This document shows, piece by piece, positions 27,885-37,249 of a DNA stretch of 64,000 bases; position 1 is the first letter of the stretch, and each line of letters starts with the position of its first letter. The DNA is from Candidatus Niyogibacteria bacterium. GTDB lineage: Bacteria > Patescibacteriota > Minisyncoccia > HO2-45-28. The position numbers and the translations under genes were made by a program. A model generated the notes under the pieces. It was not told the origin of the DNA and ran no database searches. It saw nothing but the letters and a program-made list of their open reading frames with translations. The stretch spans positions 77,466 through 141,465 of the forward strand of contig CP066691.1 in assembly GCA_016432485.1 (NCBI GenBank), written 5' to 3'.

Positions 27885-28418
27885 TTATTCAATAAGCGAG
27901 GCAACGTCTGATTCCCGAATGTCTCCGGGGATGGTGCGGACCAGATTACCGTTTATGTCTATCAAGAAATGCGTGTTGGTGTACTGAATGCCGAAAACAT
28001 TTGAGGCCCGGCTGAAAGGGTCAAGCGCTATCGGAAAATTTATTCCGCGAGATTCTATAAAATCCGCGACGGTTGACTCATTTTCGTGCAGATTAACTCC
28101 TATCACTTCCACTTTGTCTTTATATTTTTCATAAAAACGATTTAGATTCGGCATGTCTCTTCGGCAATTCGGGCACCACGAAGCCCAAAAATCAACCACC
28201 ACCGGCTTCTTGCCCCTAAACTCCGATAGCGTTATGGTTCCTCCGCCCAGCTTTTGCAGCTTAAAATCCGGCGCGGAGCTTTCTTGCAAAGCTGTTCCGG
28301 ACGCCCCCGAATGCACCGAGGCGCTTTGTGAGGCGGTATTGCCGCCATATGACCTCCCAAACGCTATCAGGCCGATTGCGGCAATAATCGCGCCTATAAT
28401 TAATATTTTGTTTCTCAT
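27885..28418 (-). CDS. TlpA-like thiol:disulfide oxidoreductase (redoxin)
   Basis: FWASWCPNCRRDMP. Confidence 0.75.
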   Translation of the reverse strand: MRNKILIIGAIIAAIGLIAFGRSYGGNTASQSASVHSGASGTALQESSAPDFKLQKLGGGTITLSEFRGKKPVVVDFWASWCPNCRRDMPNLNRFYEKYKDKVEVIGVNLHENESTVADFIESRGINFPIALDPFSRASNVFGIQYTNTHFLIDINGNLVRTIPGDIRESDVASLIE

Positions 28419-28433
28419 TTAGATTTAATAATT

Positions 28434-28745
28434 TTATTTAATAATTTGCATCAGCTGTTTGACCATGGAATTATCCTTTTTTAATTTATAACAAACCATT
28501 TGTCCCATTCTTGTTTTTTCGACCAGTTCAAGCATTTCCAGAACTCTCAACTGCTGGGATGCCGCGGATACCGTAATATCAAAAATGTTCGCCACATCGG
28601 TTACGCAAATATCGTGGTTCTCCGAAAGCAATTTGAAAATCCGAAATCTGCCAGGATCTCCCAGCGCGCCAAGAATGAGGGGCATCCGGTCCATATCGCT
28701 TGACAATTCTTTTTTTATCCTGTTTACCTGTTCTTTTGTAAGCAT
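28434..28745 (-). CDS. ArsR/SmtB-family transcriptional regulator (two-Cys type)
   Basis: wHTH VTDVANIFDITVSAASQQLRVLEMLELV. Cys in ICVTD and in C-terminal VCYK. Confidence 0.8.
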   Translation of the reverse strand: MLTKEQVNRIKKELSSDMDRMPLILGALGDPGRFRIFKLLSENHDICVTDVANIFDITVSAASQQLRVLEMLELVEKTRMGQMVCYKLKKDNSMVKQLMQIIK

Positions 28746-28803
28746 GTTAATTAAGTAATTGCATAATTACTTAATCCTACTCCCAAGAAACTTTTGTGTC
28801 AAC
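28746..28803 (-). promoter_or_regulatory. Promoter of the arsR-redoxin operon (minus strand: -35 TTGACA, 17-nt spacer, -10 TAGGAT) followed by an 11-bp inverted-repeat operator attaagtaatt-N4-aattacttaat that overlaps the start codon
   Basis: Read on the reverse complement of 28746-28803. Confidence 0.55.
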
Positions 28804-28835
28804 CCTGCCTGCCGGCAGACAGGTGTGGATAAGCC

Positions 28836-28861
28836 CCGCCACTTAAAAAGAGCGCCCGAAA
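28836..28861 (-). terminator. Rho-independent terminator after the aroE-like gene (stem agagcgc/gcgctct + T-tract on the minus strand)
   Basis: aaagagcgcccgaaaggagcgctct…, read in minus orientation, is followed by ttttaagt. Confidence 0.5.
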
Positions 28862-28877
28862 GGAGCGCTCTATAAAT

Positions 28878-29933
28878 TTAAGAACCCGCGGCTTGCTTCA
28901 TAACTTCGGCCACTTGTTCCTTGGTGATATTTTTTGCTTCCAAAACTTTTTGATTCACGAGCCAGAAGGCCTCTATTGCCTGATTCAAGACCATCGGTTT
29001 GCCGTCAAGCGTGGAAAACCCGGCCAATTTTGCCTCGCGAATGGTTGCGGTATCTTGATTGCGCAGCATTACATCCGAAATAATTGTTTCTCTATGCATA
29101 CTCTCCATAATTTGTTTTGCTTCTTTGAGATTATCGGCAATATGTTCGGGAGTTGCCGGCAACTCAATCGTTCCAAGAGCCGAATATTGGTCAAGGGGTG
29201 ATGTAGGATCATCGATTACGGAAATGACGAGGTCCGCATCGCGCACTTCATCCTGAATTAGTTCTCGTCCTCCAAACCGCGCGATATTTTTGCGGAAGTA
29301 AGTATTGACGCGCTCAGCTAAGTCCTCCGCTTTAGCCGCGGTTCTATTCAAAATCATAAGGTTGGCCCCTTCTTTAGCAAGAGCAAATGAGATTGCATTG
29401 GCAGTACCGCCGCCTCCTAAAATCACAACCTTTTTACCGCCTATTTGTTCTCCTCGCTCGCCTAATTTTTCTTTCACGCTTTGCGCATAACCAAGACCGT
29501 CTGTATTATAGCCCCTCAATATTCCGTTTTCTTCTTTAACCACAACATTTATGGCTTGCATCTCGCGCGCCAAAGGATCGACTTCGTCAATAATTTTCCA
29601 CGCGCGATCCTTAAATCCCACTCCCACGTCGCCACCAAGATACTTTCGGTCTTTTTTGAAAGAATTGAATATTACTTCAGAATTTTCCGGATCGCCGGCT
29701 AAACGAATGTTTCTGGTGTCAAAGCCGAAATGTTCATAGACGGCATTCCAAAGAAATGGCGTTCTTGCCTGGTAATCTTTATTGGCAATGCCAAGCGCAA
29801 ATTCCGGAAAATCAAGCATTTTGGGATTTTCTTTTGCATTTTCCCCGATTTTTACAATGCCCGATTCAATTAAAGTGTGCACTTGTTCCATATGTTGTTT
29901 TTCCTCCGGGTGTTCCATAGAAAATTTTATCAT
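28878..29933 (-). CDS. Shikimate/quinate dehydrogenase family protein (AroE-like)
   Basis: GYNTDGLG motif and GGGGTANAI Rossmann. Confidence 0.6.
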   Translation of the reverse strand: MIKFSMEHPEEKQHMEQVHTLIESGIVKIGENAKENPKMLDFPEFALGIANKDYQARTPFLWNAVYEHFGFDTRNIRLAGDPENSEVIFNSFKKDRKYLGGDVGVGFKDRAWKIIDEVDPLAREMQAINVVVKEENGILRGYNTDGLGYAQSVKEKLGERGEQIGGKKVVILGGGGTANAISFALAKEGANLMILNRTAAKAEDLAERVNTYFRKNIARFGGRELIQDEVRDADLVISVIDDPTSPLDQYSALGTIELPATPEHIADNLKEAKQIMESMHRETIISDVMLRNQDTATIREAKLAGFSTLDGKPMVLNQAIEAFWLVNQKVLEAKNITKEQVAEVMKQAAGS

Positions 29934-30328
29934 AGATACTCAAAATAAATAAGGCTTACCACATCATCGTCTTGAAATGGTTTTTGATAGATCCATTCCA
30001 GTTGTTTTTTGGCGCTATTTTTGTCTTGACAATCCGGCAGACAGAATTGCAAATCGCGCGTTGTCAATTTTTCTATCTTTTTAACAATAATCTTTTGAAT
30101 TCTGACTTTTTGCTGAAAGTCATCAAATATCGGCTGAATTCCCTTGTCTTCTTGTCCGGGCCGAATGATAATTCGCACTGTCGCTATCTCGCCTTCTTGC
30201 GCGCCTTTGGGTTCCGGATAAATCCTAGTCCCCGGGCGCAGCGCCACTCGAAGCGTCCTATTTTTAATGCGCTCTTTATATTGAGCGCGAAACCATAATT
30301 CATAAGGTTTTTTTCTTGCTCCCCTCAT
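29930..30328 (-). CDS. Hypothetical protein (possibly ASCH/PUA-like)
   Basis: ORF overlapping the aroE-like start by 4 nt. No firm family assignment. Confidence 0.35.
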   Translation of the reverse strand: MRGARKKPYELWFRAQYKERIKNRTLRVALRPGTRIYPEPKGAQEGEIATVRIIIRPGQEDKGIQPIFDDFQQKVRIQKIIVKKIEKLTTRDLQFCLPDCQDKNSAKKQLEWIYQKPFQDDDVVSLIYFEYL

Positions 30329-30389
30329 TTATAAAATAATATCACCATTTGAACATACATACAAATAGTGATATTTTAAAACGCGAAAA

Positions 30390-31184
30390 TCAATCCCATG
30401 CCTCTTTTTTAATCAGTTTAACGCCGGCCCCGCTCAACGCTTCTTGTGTGTCGTTCAGCATGGCTTTAAGTCCGCAGACATAAGCCGTGTATTGCTGAAT
30501 ACCGCCAACGATATCGGGAAAGTCGTTGCGAACTATAATGTCGTCTTTGTCGCGAATCACAAATCTGCCCCGGCCCCAATTCCAATCATCGTTTGCGTAT
30601 CTGGTTAGCGTCGGATAATATTTTATGTTGGGTAATCTTTTGGTAATATCCAACAATTCTTCGTGAAAGATAAGATGTTCTGTAGACCGGAAACTTCCCA
30701 ACAGCCAAACATCGGCATCCAAATTTTTGTCTTTGATGTATCTTACCATCCCGATAAACGGCGCGATACCGGTTCCTCCGCCTATAAACAAGAGTTTGCC
30801 TCCATCAATTTCCGCATCGTATAAAGTTATTTTTCCGTGCCTTACCCAATCTTTACTCGAGATCTCTATTAAATCCCTGCCGGAATCAATCTGCTGCAAT
30901 AGTTTGGAAACATGCGGTTCACGATCTTTCTCCACAATGGTTATTTCATAGAACGGCTGGGTGGGAGAGCTTGATAGAGAATAAGCGCGTATTTCCGTTT
31001 TATCGGACAAACTTTTAACCGTGCTGTCGGACTCTTCTTGAGATGCCGGCACGCGTATGTAAAGAAAGTCGCCCGGCCGATAGTCGGCTAACGCCTCGTT
31101 CTCCGGAACAAAACGAACGGCGCGCAGTTTCGGATTAAATTCAATTACTTCGGTGATTGTTGCCGGTACGACCTTAAGACCCAT
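30390..31184 (-). CDS. Ferredoxin-NADP+ reductase-like FAD/NAD(P)-binding oxidoreductase
   Basis: RAYS FAD-binding motif (EIRAYSLSS) and LLFIGGGTGIAPF NAD(P) motif. Confidence 0.7.
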   Translation of the reverse strand: MGLKVVPATITEVIEFNPKLRAVRFVPENEALADYRPGDFLYIRVPASQEESDSTVKSLSDKTEIRAYSLSSSPTQPFYEITIVEKDREPHVSKLLQQIDSGRDLIEISSKDWVRHGKITLYDAEIDGGKLLFIGGGTGIAPFIGMVRYIKDKNLDADVWLLGSFRSTEHLIFHEELLDITKRLPNIKYYPTLTRYANDDWNWGRGRFVIRDKDDIIVRNDFPDIVGGIQQYTAYVCGLKAMLNDTQEALSGAGVKLIKKEAWD

Positions 31185-31283
31185 GCTCGCCCCCCTTTTT
31201 GAAATGTCAAAAAACCACTTGAATACCTATTCAAATGATAATCCGAAAGCGAGAATTTGTCAAGCGTCTTAAAAATTTTAAAT

Positions 31284-31916
31284 TTATTTTGAAGCTCGCT
31301 CTCCAAGCGTGCCTCCGGGATGAAATTTGGCAAAATGTTCCTGCTTAAATCCTTTCATCTCCTGAAGTGCGCTTGATATCGCGTCCCCCAAGGCCGACTC
31401 AACTAGCGAGCTCGTGGTCGGAGCCAGATTAAAAGTGGTGCAGATTTTGCAGGCCTCTTCCCTGACATGGGTTAAAAGAATTATGTCCGCGAACTTCCCA
31501 AGCGCTGATTTTTCACCTGAGGTGATTGCTATAATCTTATTGCCGAATTTTTTTACAATATTCGCAAAATTAATAACCTCCGGCGTCCCGCCGCTATTAG
31601 AAATAATTATAATGACATCATCTTTCCCGAGCATGCCGAAATCGCCGTGGAGCGCCTCCACCGGATGGACGAAAAGACTGAAAGTGCCGGTGCTGGAAAG
31701 AGTGGCCGCGATTTTTCGCGCCACAATTCCGGATTTGCCTATGCCGGCAAGGACTATCTTTCCCTTCGCGCGATATAACAGCTCAACCGCTTTTACAAAA
31801 GACGAACCGAGTTTTTTCCCAACAACTTGAATCGCGCCCGACTCGTTCTTGAGGACTTCTTTCCCGATTTGTAAGACATTGATTTTGGGCTTTAATTTTA
31901 CAATTTTAGTCGGCAT
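31284..31916 (-). CDS. SIS-domain phosphosugar isomerase (KpsF/GutQ-like)
   Basis: KIVLAGIGKSGIVARKIAATL and VIIIISNSGGTPE. Confidence 0.7.
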   Translation of the reverse strand: MPTKIVKLKPKINVLQIGKEVLKNESGAIQVVGKKLGSSFVKAVELLYRAKGKIVLAGIGKSGIVARKIAATLSSTGTFSLFVHPVEALHGDFGMLGKDDVIIIISNSGGTPEVINFANIVKKFGNKIIAITSGEKSALGKFADIILLTHVREEACKICTTFNLAPTTSSLVESALGDAISSALQEMKGFKQEHFAKFHPGGTLGERASK

Positions 31917-31928
31917 ATTATTTTTTTA

Positions 31929-32441
31929 TCAAACCAGTCCCTTATTTTGCTTTAATTTATAAGTTGATATCAATATGAGAAACGCACCGATTGCGGCTAA
32001 CATAAAAGTCAGCGCAAACGGCCAATACATTAAACTTATCAGAACAAGATAAAGAGCGTAAGAAACATGGTCAATCGGCCGACGAGGAAAAATAATTTTT
32101 TTCTCAATAATCATTCTTTTCATAAGCATTACTGCGCCCCAGATTACACCCGGCAAATACAGTAAAGCAAAAATAATATATTCCGATTTTAAAAACATCA
32201 CGAAATAAACTCCGATAAAAAACGCGAGGTCGGCCACGGTATCCAACATTTTTCCCTTAACGCTTTCTACGCGCCAATGCCGAGCCAAATATCCGTCTAA
32301 ACGGTCGCCGACTGCCTGAAATATAATAAAACCCAGAAACAAACCGCTTGCTCCTATCCAAAAATAGGCCGCGGCCGGTACGGCCAATATCAACCTCGCT
32401 AAACTAATGGTGTTGGGAATATATTTTTTAACTTTGTTCAC
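31929..32441 (-). CDS. CDP-alcohol phosphatidyltransferase family protein
   Basis: GDRLDGYLAR…G…DTVAD motif. Confidence 0.7.
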   Translation of the reverse strand: MNKVKKYIPNTISLARLILAVPAAAYFWIGASGLFLGFIIFQAVGDRLDGYLARHWRVESVKGKMLDTVADLAFFIGVYFVMFLKSEYIIFALLYLPGVIWGAVMLMKRMIIEKKIIFPRRPIDHVSYALYLVLISLMYWPFALTFMLAAIGAFLILISTYKLKQNKGLV

Positions 32442-33874
32442 CGGATGTAATACAAAATCTTTAACAATTTTTTAACAAACGGCGTAAGACGGCCGGCCAT
32501 ATGTTCACTGGCGGCTTTTCGATTGATTCGAGAAGCGACAGGATAGGGATATATTTTATCAAACAGGGCGTTAATTTTCAGTCCGGCGCTGTTGGCCAAG
32601 ATTAATTCCTGGACCATTTCTCCGGCATTTTTAGCTGCCATAGTGCCGCCGAGAATTTTTTTGTCAGAAGATAAAAACAGCTTAAGCATTCCGTCCGTGG
32701 ACTCGTCCACAATCGCGCGGTCGTCGTTTTTAAAAGATTTTCTTATCGTAGAATACTTTATCCGTTTTTTGTCTAAATCTTTCTCGCTTAGCCCGAATGT
32801 TGCTATCTCCGGGTCGGTATAAGTAACCCAGGACATTTTGTCGGTTTCCAATCTTTTCTTAAATGGCGAGAAAAAGTTCTTTAAAACAAGTTTTGCGTGC
32901 AATTCCGCCGCGTGGGTAAATTGGTGTTGTCCGGCAACATCGCCCACCAAGTAAATATTTTTATTTGTGGTTTTAAGATAAGAATCAACTTTTATTTTTC
33001 CGTTATCCATTTCAACGCCGGCTTTTTCAAGATTCAGCCCCTCTGTATTTAAAGATCTGCCCATAGCGACAAGCAGAGCGTCAAATTCCAAACTGATTTC
33101 TTTGCCGGTTCCGTCTTTAATAACAATTTTATTCCTATCCACAATCTTTTCCGGCCGGCTGTTCATATAAAACCTCATACCGTCCTCAGAGAGCTGTTTA
33201 AAAATAAAATCGGAAACTTCAGGATCTTCTTTATTTAAAATTGAATCGCCCCGAACCACGACCGAAACGTCTGAACCAAGATATTTAAAGGCCTGGCCGA
33301 GTTCCATTCCAATAGGACCGCTGCCAATAACCACCATTTTTTTAGGAAAGAAATTAATGTCAAAGATTGTTTCATTGGTAAATATGTTTGACGCGTCTTT
33401 GACCCCGGGAATATCCAGCTGTTTTGGGCGCGATCCGGTGGCTATTATAATTTTTCTGGCCTCATATTCTTCTCCGCCAAGAACAACGGCATTAGAAGAA
33501 ATAAATTTAGCCAAACCCAACTTAACGGTAATCCCTTTTTTACTAAGGGCTCGAAAATTTTCATCTTCTCTGATAATGCCCTGCTTTTCTTTTATGTACG
33601 CCGTGACCTTGCCGATATCAACTGCGCCGTTTGTTTTAAGCCCGAATCTCTCAACACCCTTTCCGTTTTTTATAATTCTTGCAACATGAATAAGCGCTTT
33701 TGACGGGACACAACCAAAATTCAAGCAATCGCCGCCGATGTTTCTGTCGCTTTTATCAATTAGAAGCGTCTTGAAACCGGCTTTATTCATAAATGAAGCA
33801 ACATTAAGACCGCCTGAACCAGCGCCAATAACAATAATATCAAAGGTTTTGTTTATAAATTCCCGCACGGGCAA
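32438..33874 (-). CDS. Class I pyridine nucleotide-disulfide oxidoreductase (dihydrolipoyl dehydrogenase/MerA-like)
   Basis: IVIGAGSGG FAD motif and redox-active GGDCLNFGCVPSK. No C-terminal Cys pair. Confidence 0.75.
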   Translation of the reverse strand: MPVREFINKTFDIIVIGAGSGGLNVASFMNKAGFKTLLIDKSDRNIGGDCLNFGCVPSKALIHVARIIKNGKGVERFGLKTNGAVDIGKVTAYIKEKQGIIREDENFRALSKKGITVKLGLAKFISSNAVVLGGEEYEARKIIIATGSRPKQLDIPGVKDASNIFTNETIFDINFFPKKMVVIGSGPIGMELGQAFKYLGSDVSVVVRGDSILNKEDPEVSDFIFKQLSEDGMRFYMNSRPEKIVDRNKIVIKDGTGKEISLEFDALLVAMGRSLNTEGLNLEKAGVEMDNGKIKVDSYLKTTNKNIYLVGDVAGQHQFTHAAELHAKLVLKNFFSPFKKRLETDKMSWVTYTDPEIATFGLSEKDLDKKRIKYSTIRKSFKNDDRAIVDESTDGMLKLFLSSDKKILGGTMAAKNAGEMVQELILANSAGLKINALFDKIYPYPVASRINRKAASEHMAGRLTPFVKKLLKILYYIR

Positions 33875-33877
33875 ATT

Positions 33878-34120
33878 TTATTTTACTCCCAACAAAACAT
33901 CAACTTTTTCTTTGTCAAACCCGACAATTATTTTACCGTCTATTTCCACCGTTGGCGTGGAGAGAAGCCCGCCGTTTTTGGCAATCATTTCTTCTCTTGC
34001 TTTCGCGTCTTCGCCCACATCCTTATTTTCATACCCAAATCCTTTTTCCTGAAGATACGCCTTCAGCATTTTGCAGGAAGGACAGGTGGAAGTTGAGTAA
34101 ATAGTTATTTTGTGTTCCAT
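33878..34120 (-). CDS. Glutaredoxin-like protein (NrdH/Grx, CPSC)
   Basis: ITIYSTSTCPSCKMLK. Paralog of the gene at 37864-38100. Confidence 0.75.
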   Translation of the reverse strand: MEHKITIYSTSTCPSCKMLKAYLQEKGFGYENKDVGEDAKAREEMIAKNGGLLSTPTVEIDGKIIVGFDKEKVDVLLGVK

Positions 34121-34182
34121 AAAATTATATTGATAAGTTTTTAATTTCTAATTGTCGTTAGTTATTTCAGCTCTTCCGGCAT
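34121..34182 (-). promoter_or_regulatory. Upstream region of the glutaredoxin gene containing TAATTTCTAATTG (same 13-mer as at 15608)
   Basis: …gtttttaatttctaattgtcgttagtt…. Confidence 0.3.
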
Positions 34183-34863
34183 TTAGCTCATAGTCGCCTC
34201 TGTGCCGCCCCTGGTACCCACTCTGGCAAAATGCTTCTCCTGAAAAGCTAAGAGTTCGTCCTTGTGGTTTTTTATCAGCATGGCGTAATTCATTAAATTT
34301 CTGGCCGTAACGGCAATCATGGCTTTGGTGGCTTTGTTTTGACGGCGTTTATCCGCGTCTCCATTCATCCCGCCGCCGACTTCGCCCACCCAATACACCG
34401 CGGCTTCGGGCGGTATTACAAATCCAAGCCACTGCAAAAAATTAGACAGATTACCGACGATATGTTGCACACCATCCTCATGTCCCGTTATGACGATACC
34501 GGCCACTTTATGGTAGAGGTCTGATTTGTTGGTCATAACATACGACTCGTCAAAATGAGTCATTCGTTCTATAACGCGCTGAATCAAACTGGATTGCCCG
34601 CCCCACCAAATGGGCGTGGCAAAAATCACGATGTCCGCTTCGCGGATCGCATTAGCCAGACGGGGCCAATCGTCGCCGTCGGACATTTTTTCTAACAAGC
34701 CGACGGGTAAATTCAGATTGGCAAGACGGATTTTCTCTGTGGATATGTCATATTCGTTAAAATGCCTGAACAGGTCGTCAATCAGTTCGTCGGTATTGGA
34801 GGGTTCGTCGCCGGTTTTCAGCGTTCCCAAAAGCGCTAACGCCTTTATATTAAATTTTTTCAT
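34183..34863 (-). CDS. Flavodoxin-like NAD(P)H-dependent FMN reductase family protein
   Basis: IVIFATPIWWGGQSSL motif. Confidence 0.6.
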   Translation of the reverse strand: MKKFNIKALALLGTLKTGDEPSNTDELIDDLFRHFNEYDISTEKIRLANLNLPVGLLEKMSDGDDWPRLANAIREADIVIFATPIWWGGQSSLIQRVIERMTHFDESYVMTNKSDLYHKVAGIVITGHEDGVQHIVGNLSNFLQWLGFVIPPEAAVYWVGEVGGGMNGDADKRRQNKATKAMIAVTARNLMNYAMLIKNHKDELLAFQEKHFARVGTRGGTEATMS

Positions 34864-35289
34864 CTAGATTAATTTTTTAACCTCTTCTTCTAATTGGCCT
34901 TCGACTCCAGGACCAAGAATATTAAAAACAATGTCGCCGTTTTTATCAATTAAGTAATACGCCGGCCAATTTTCCACTTTGTACGCTTTCCAATTTTGCC
35001 TTGCGTTATCGGTAAGCACCGGAAAATCCACTTTCAAAACTTTCATTTGTTTCTTGAGGGCTTCGATGTCCCGCTCAAAAGTTGTTTCCGGAGAATGAAC
35101 ACCAAGCACTATCAACCCCCTGTCTTTGTATTTCTTTTCAATCTCCATAATGCCAGGCAAATCCTGCTGGCACCAAGAGCACATAAAAGTCCAGAATTTA
35201 ATTAAAACCACTTTGCCTTTCAGGTCGGCGAGTTTAAGCGGCTCTGAATTGAGCCATTTTTCGCCATCGGTTATAAATTCCGGCGCCCT
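34864..35289 (-). CDS. Thioredoxin-fold redoxin (AhpC/TSA/TlpA-like, CSWC)
   Basis: KFWTFMCSWCQQDLP. Start set at MRAPEF, 7 nt downstream of the merA-like stop. The longer ORF-track start would overlap merA by ~100 nt. Confidence 0.65.
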   Translation of the reverse strand, partial: RAPEFITDGEKWLNSEPLKLADLKGKVVLIKFWTFMCSWCQQDLPGIMEIEKKYKDRGLIVLGVHSPETTFERDIEALKKQMKVLKVDFPVLTDNARQNWKAYKVENWPAYYLIDKNGDIVFNILGPGVEGQLEEEVKKLI

Positions 35290-35296
35290 CATATAT

Positions 35297-36823
35297 TTAT
35301 TCCGTACAGCAGGAAAGTTTGTTGACATCCTTTCGGAATGACTGCGCGACCCATTTGATTGATTCGGCCATAGTGGGAAAGATAAATGTATTTTCAATTA
35401 TATCATCTAATTTCATACGATGCTTGATAATGAAACTGGCAACGGAAATGATTTCATCGGCTCTGGCGCCCGCCATATGGATACCGACGACTTCCTCGGT
35501 TTTTGAATCAATTACCATTTTAATTAAGCCGTCCGCCGCTTCTAGAATATGCGCCTTTGGCACAAGTTCCAAACTCAAGGTGCGGCAGCTGCATACTAGC
35601 CCCGTTTGCTTGACGATTTGAGCGTCAGTCAGGCCGACGCTCGCCAGCGGCGGGTCGGTGAAGATGGCGTGGGGTGCCGCCCGGAAATCAACTTTGATGC
35701 CCTTATTTTCCAAAAGATTAGACGCGGCAACAAAACCCTCTCTGCCCGCGACGGTTTCCAGTTTAAGATTAACCTCTTCGCCCGACTGATCCACCACATC
35801 GCCGGCGGCAAATATGTGAGGTAGGTCTGTTTGTAGAAATTCATTGGTTGCGACTCCGCCTCTTTCGCCGACACGAACACCGATATGCTCAAGATTTAAT
35901 GATTGGGTATTGGCTCTTACTCCTGATGCAACCAGTATTTTTTCTGCCTCAATAATAATTTCTTTCTTGCCCGCCGTAGCTTTACTGCGTCCTTCCGTAG
36001 CCTTTGGCGAAGGAGGAGCGGAGGCGGGGTCGCCAACCTCGACAGTTGCTTTAATAAGATTGCCGTTATGCTCAACACCCTTGGTTTTAGCGGAAGTATA
36101 AATGGTTGTGCCCTCTTTTTCTAGTTTCTTTTTCAGAAAATCTGAAAGCTCCGGCTCTTCGCGGTCGGCTATTTTGTCCGCATACTGCAAAACCGTAACC
36201 TTCGTTCCGAAACGATTGTAAATTTGGGAAAATTCAAGACCCAACGGCCCCCCGCCCAAAATAATCATTGATTTCGGCAACTCCTTCAAACTCAAGGCCT
36301 CGATATTGGTGAGATACGCGACTTTATCCAGCCCATCAATCGGAGGAATAAAAGTGGAAGAACCGGTTGAAATCAAAAATTTTTCTCCCGTAATTTTCTC
36401 CCCGCCCGCCGTAGCTTTAGCGGAGGCGGGGCCATTTATTTCAACCGTGTGCTCGTCAATAAATTTCGCGTCTCCTTCTTTAAGAGTTACATAAACCAGA
36501 AATTTAAGAGTTCCGGCATACGCCTTTCCCTGAAGTTTGCGGATTAGCGCGTCTTTGGATTCAACGACTTTTTTAAAATCCAAATCCGGCACACTGCCGG
36601 CTACGCCGTCATACTTGCTGTAACGCGCGTTCCAATAGGATTCGGCCACAGTAAGCAATCTTTTTGACGGCATACATCCGACATTAATGCAGGTTCCGCC
36701 CAAAGGAACTTTTCCGCCCGATATCATTAAAGTTTTAATCTTCAAAGAATCCGCCTTGATGGCAGCCGCGAAACCCGCGGCTCCGCCCCCGATGATGATA
36801 AACTGATAGTCGTAATTTTTCAT
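35297..36823 (-). CDS. Mercuric reductase-like pyridine nucleotide-disulfide oxidoreductase (no NmerA domain) carrying two in-frame palindromic-element insertions
   Basis: GGTCINVGCMPSK active site and a C-terminal vicinal Cys pair …KLSCCTE, which is a MerA hallmark. Inserts PASAKATAGG (36402-36432) and ASAPPSPKATEGRSKATAGKK (35969-36029). Confidence 0.65.
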   Translation of the reverse strand: MKNYDYQFIIIGGGAAGFAAAIKADSLKIKTLMISGGKVPLGGTCINVGCMPSKRLLTVAESYWNARYSKYDGVAGSVPDLDFKKVVESKDALIRKLQGKAYAGTLKFLVYVTLKEGDAKFIDEHTVEINGPASAKATAGGEKITGEKFLISTGSSTFIPPIDGLDKVAYLTNIEALSLKELPKSMIILGGGPLGLEFSQIYNRFGTKVTVLQYADKIADREEPELSDFLKKKLEKEGTTIYTSAKTKGVEHNGNLIKATVEVGDPASAPPSPKATEGRSKATAGKKEIIIEAEKILVASGVRANTQSLNLEHIGVRVGERGGVATNEFLQTDLPHIFAAGDVVDQSGEEVNLKLETVAGREGFVAASNLLENKGIKVDFRAAPHAIFTDPPLASVGLTDAQIVKQTGLVCSCRTLSLELVPKAHILEAADGLIKMVIDSKTEEVVGIHMAGARADEIISVASFIIKHRMKLDDIIENTFIFPTMAESIKWVAQSFRKDVNKLSCCTE

Positions 36824-37182
36824 ACTTTTAATCGCCCCTTAAGAATTTGCACCAAGGGAGTTTTCCTTAATTTATAATACACATTGCGGAAATCTCGACG
36901 GCGCTCCACAATGTCCGCTTTTTGTAATTTTTTAAGGGTGTGTGAGACGGCAGAAATGGAAATGCCGACCACCTCGGCAATGTCTCCGACGGACAGTTCC
37001 TTGTGCCGGCACAAAAGATAACAAATTTTCAGACGCGTCGGGTCGCCGACCATATTAAATTCCCGCGCGCAGGCAATAATGGCGTTTTTATCGTTAAGTT
37101 CCTTTTTGAGATTATTTTTATTCCTACTTGAGCTCACGTTCAAATGATAACAAAATAAATATAAAAGTACAACAAGCATCAA
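36820..37182 (-). CDS. ArsR/SmtB-family metalloregulator (CxC in alpha-helix: KICYLLC); start uncertain, may be at MVGDP (37053)
   Basis: wHTH SVGDIAEVVGISISAVSHTLKKL. Overlaps the merA-like start by 4 nt. The N-terminal 43 codons of the ORF contain promoter-like AT-rich sequence. Confidence 0.6.
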   Translation of the reverse strand: MMLVVLLYLFCYHLNVSSSRNKNNLKKELNDKNAIIACAREFNMVGDPTRLKICYLLCRHKELSVGDIAEVVGISISAVSHTLKKLQKADIVERRRDFRNVYYKLRKTPLVQILKGRLKV

Positions 37183-37249
37183 AACTTAGACCCCAATACA
37201 AAAGCCGGGCAAGCTCGGCTTTTTATAAAAATATTCTTAACCTATAGGT

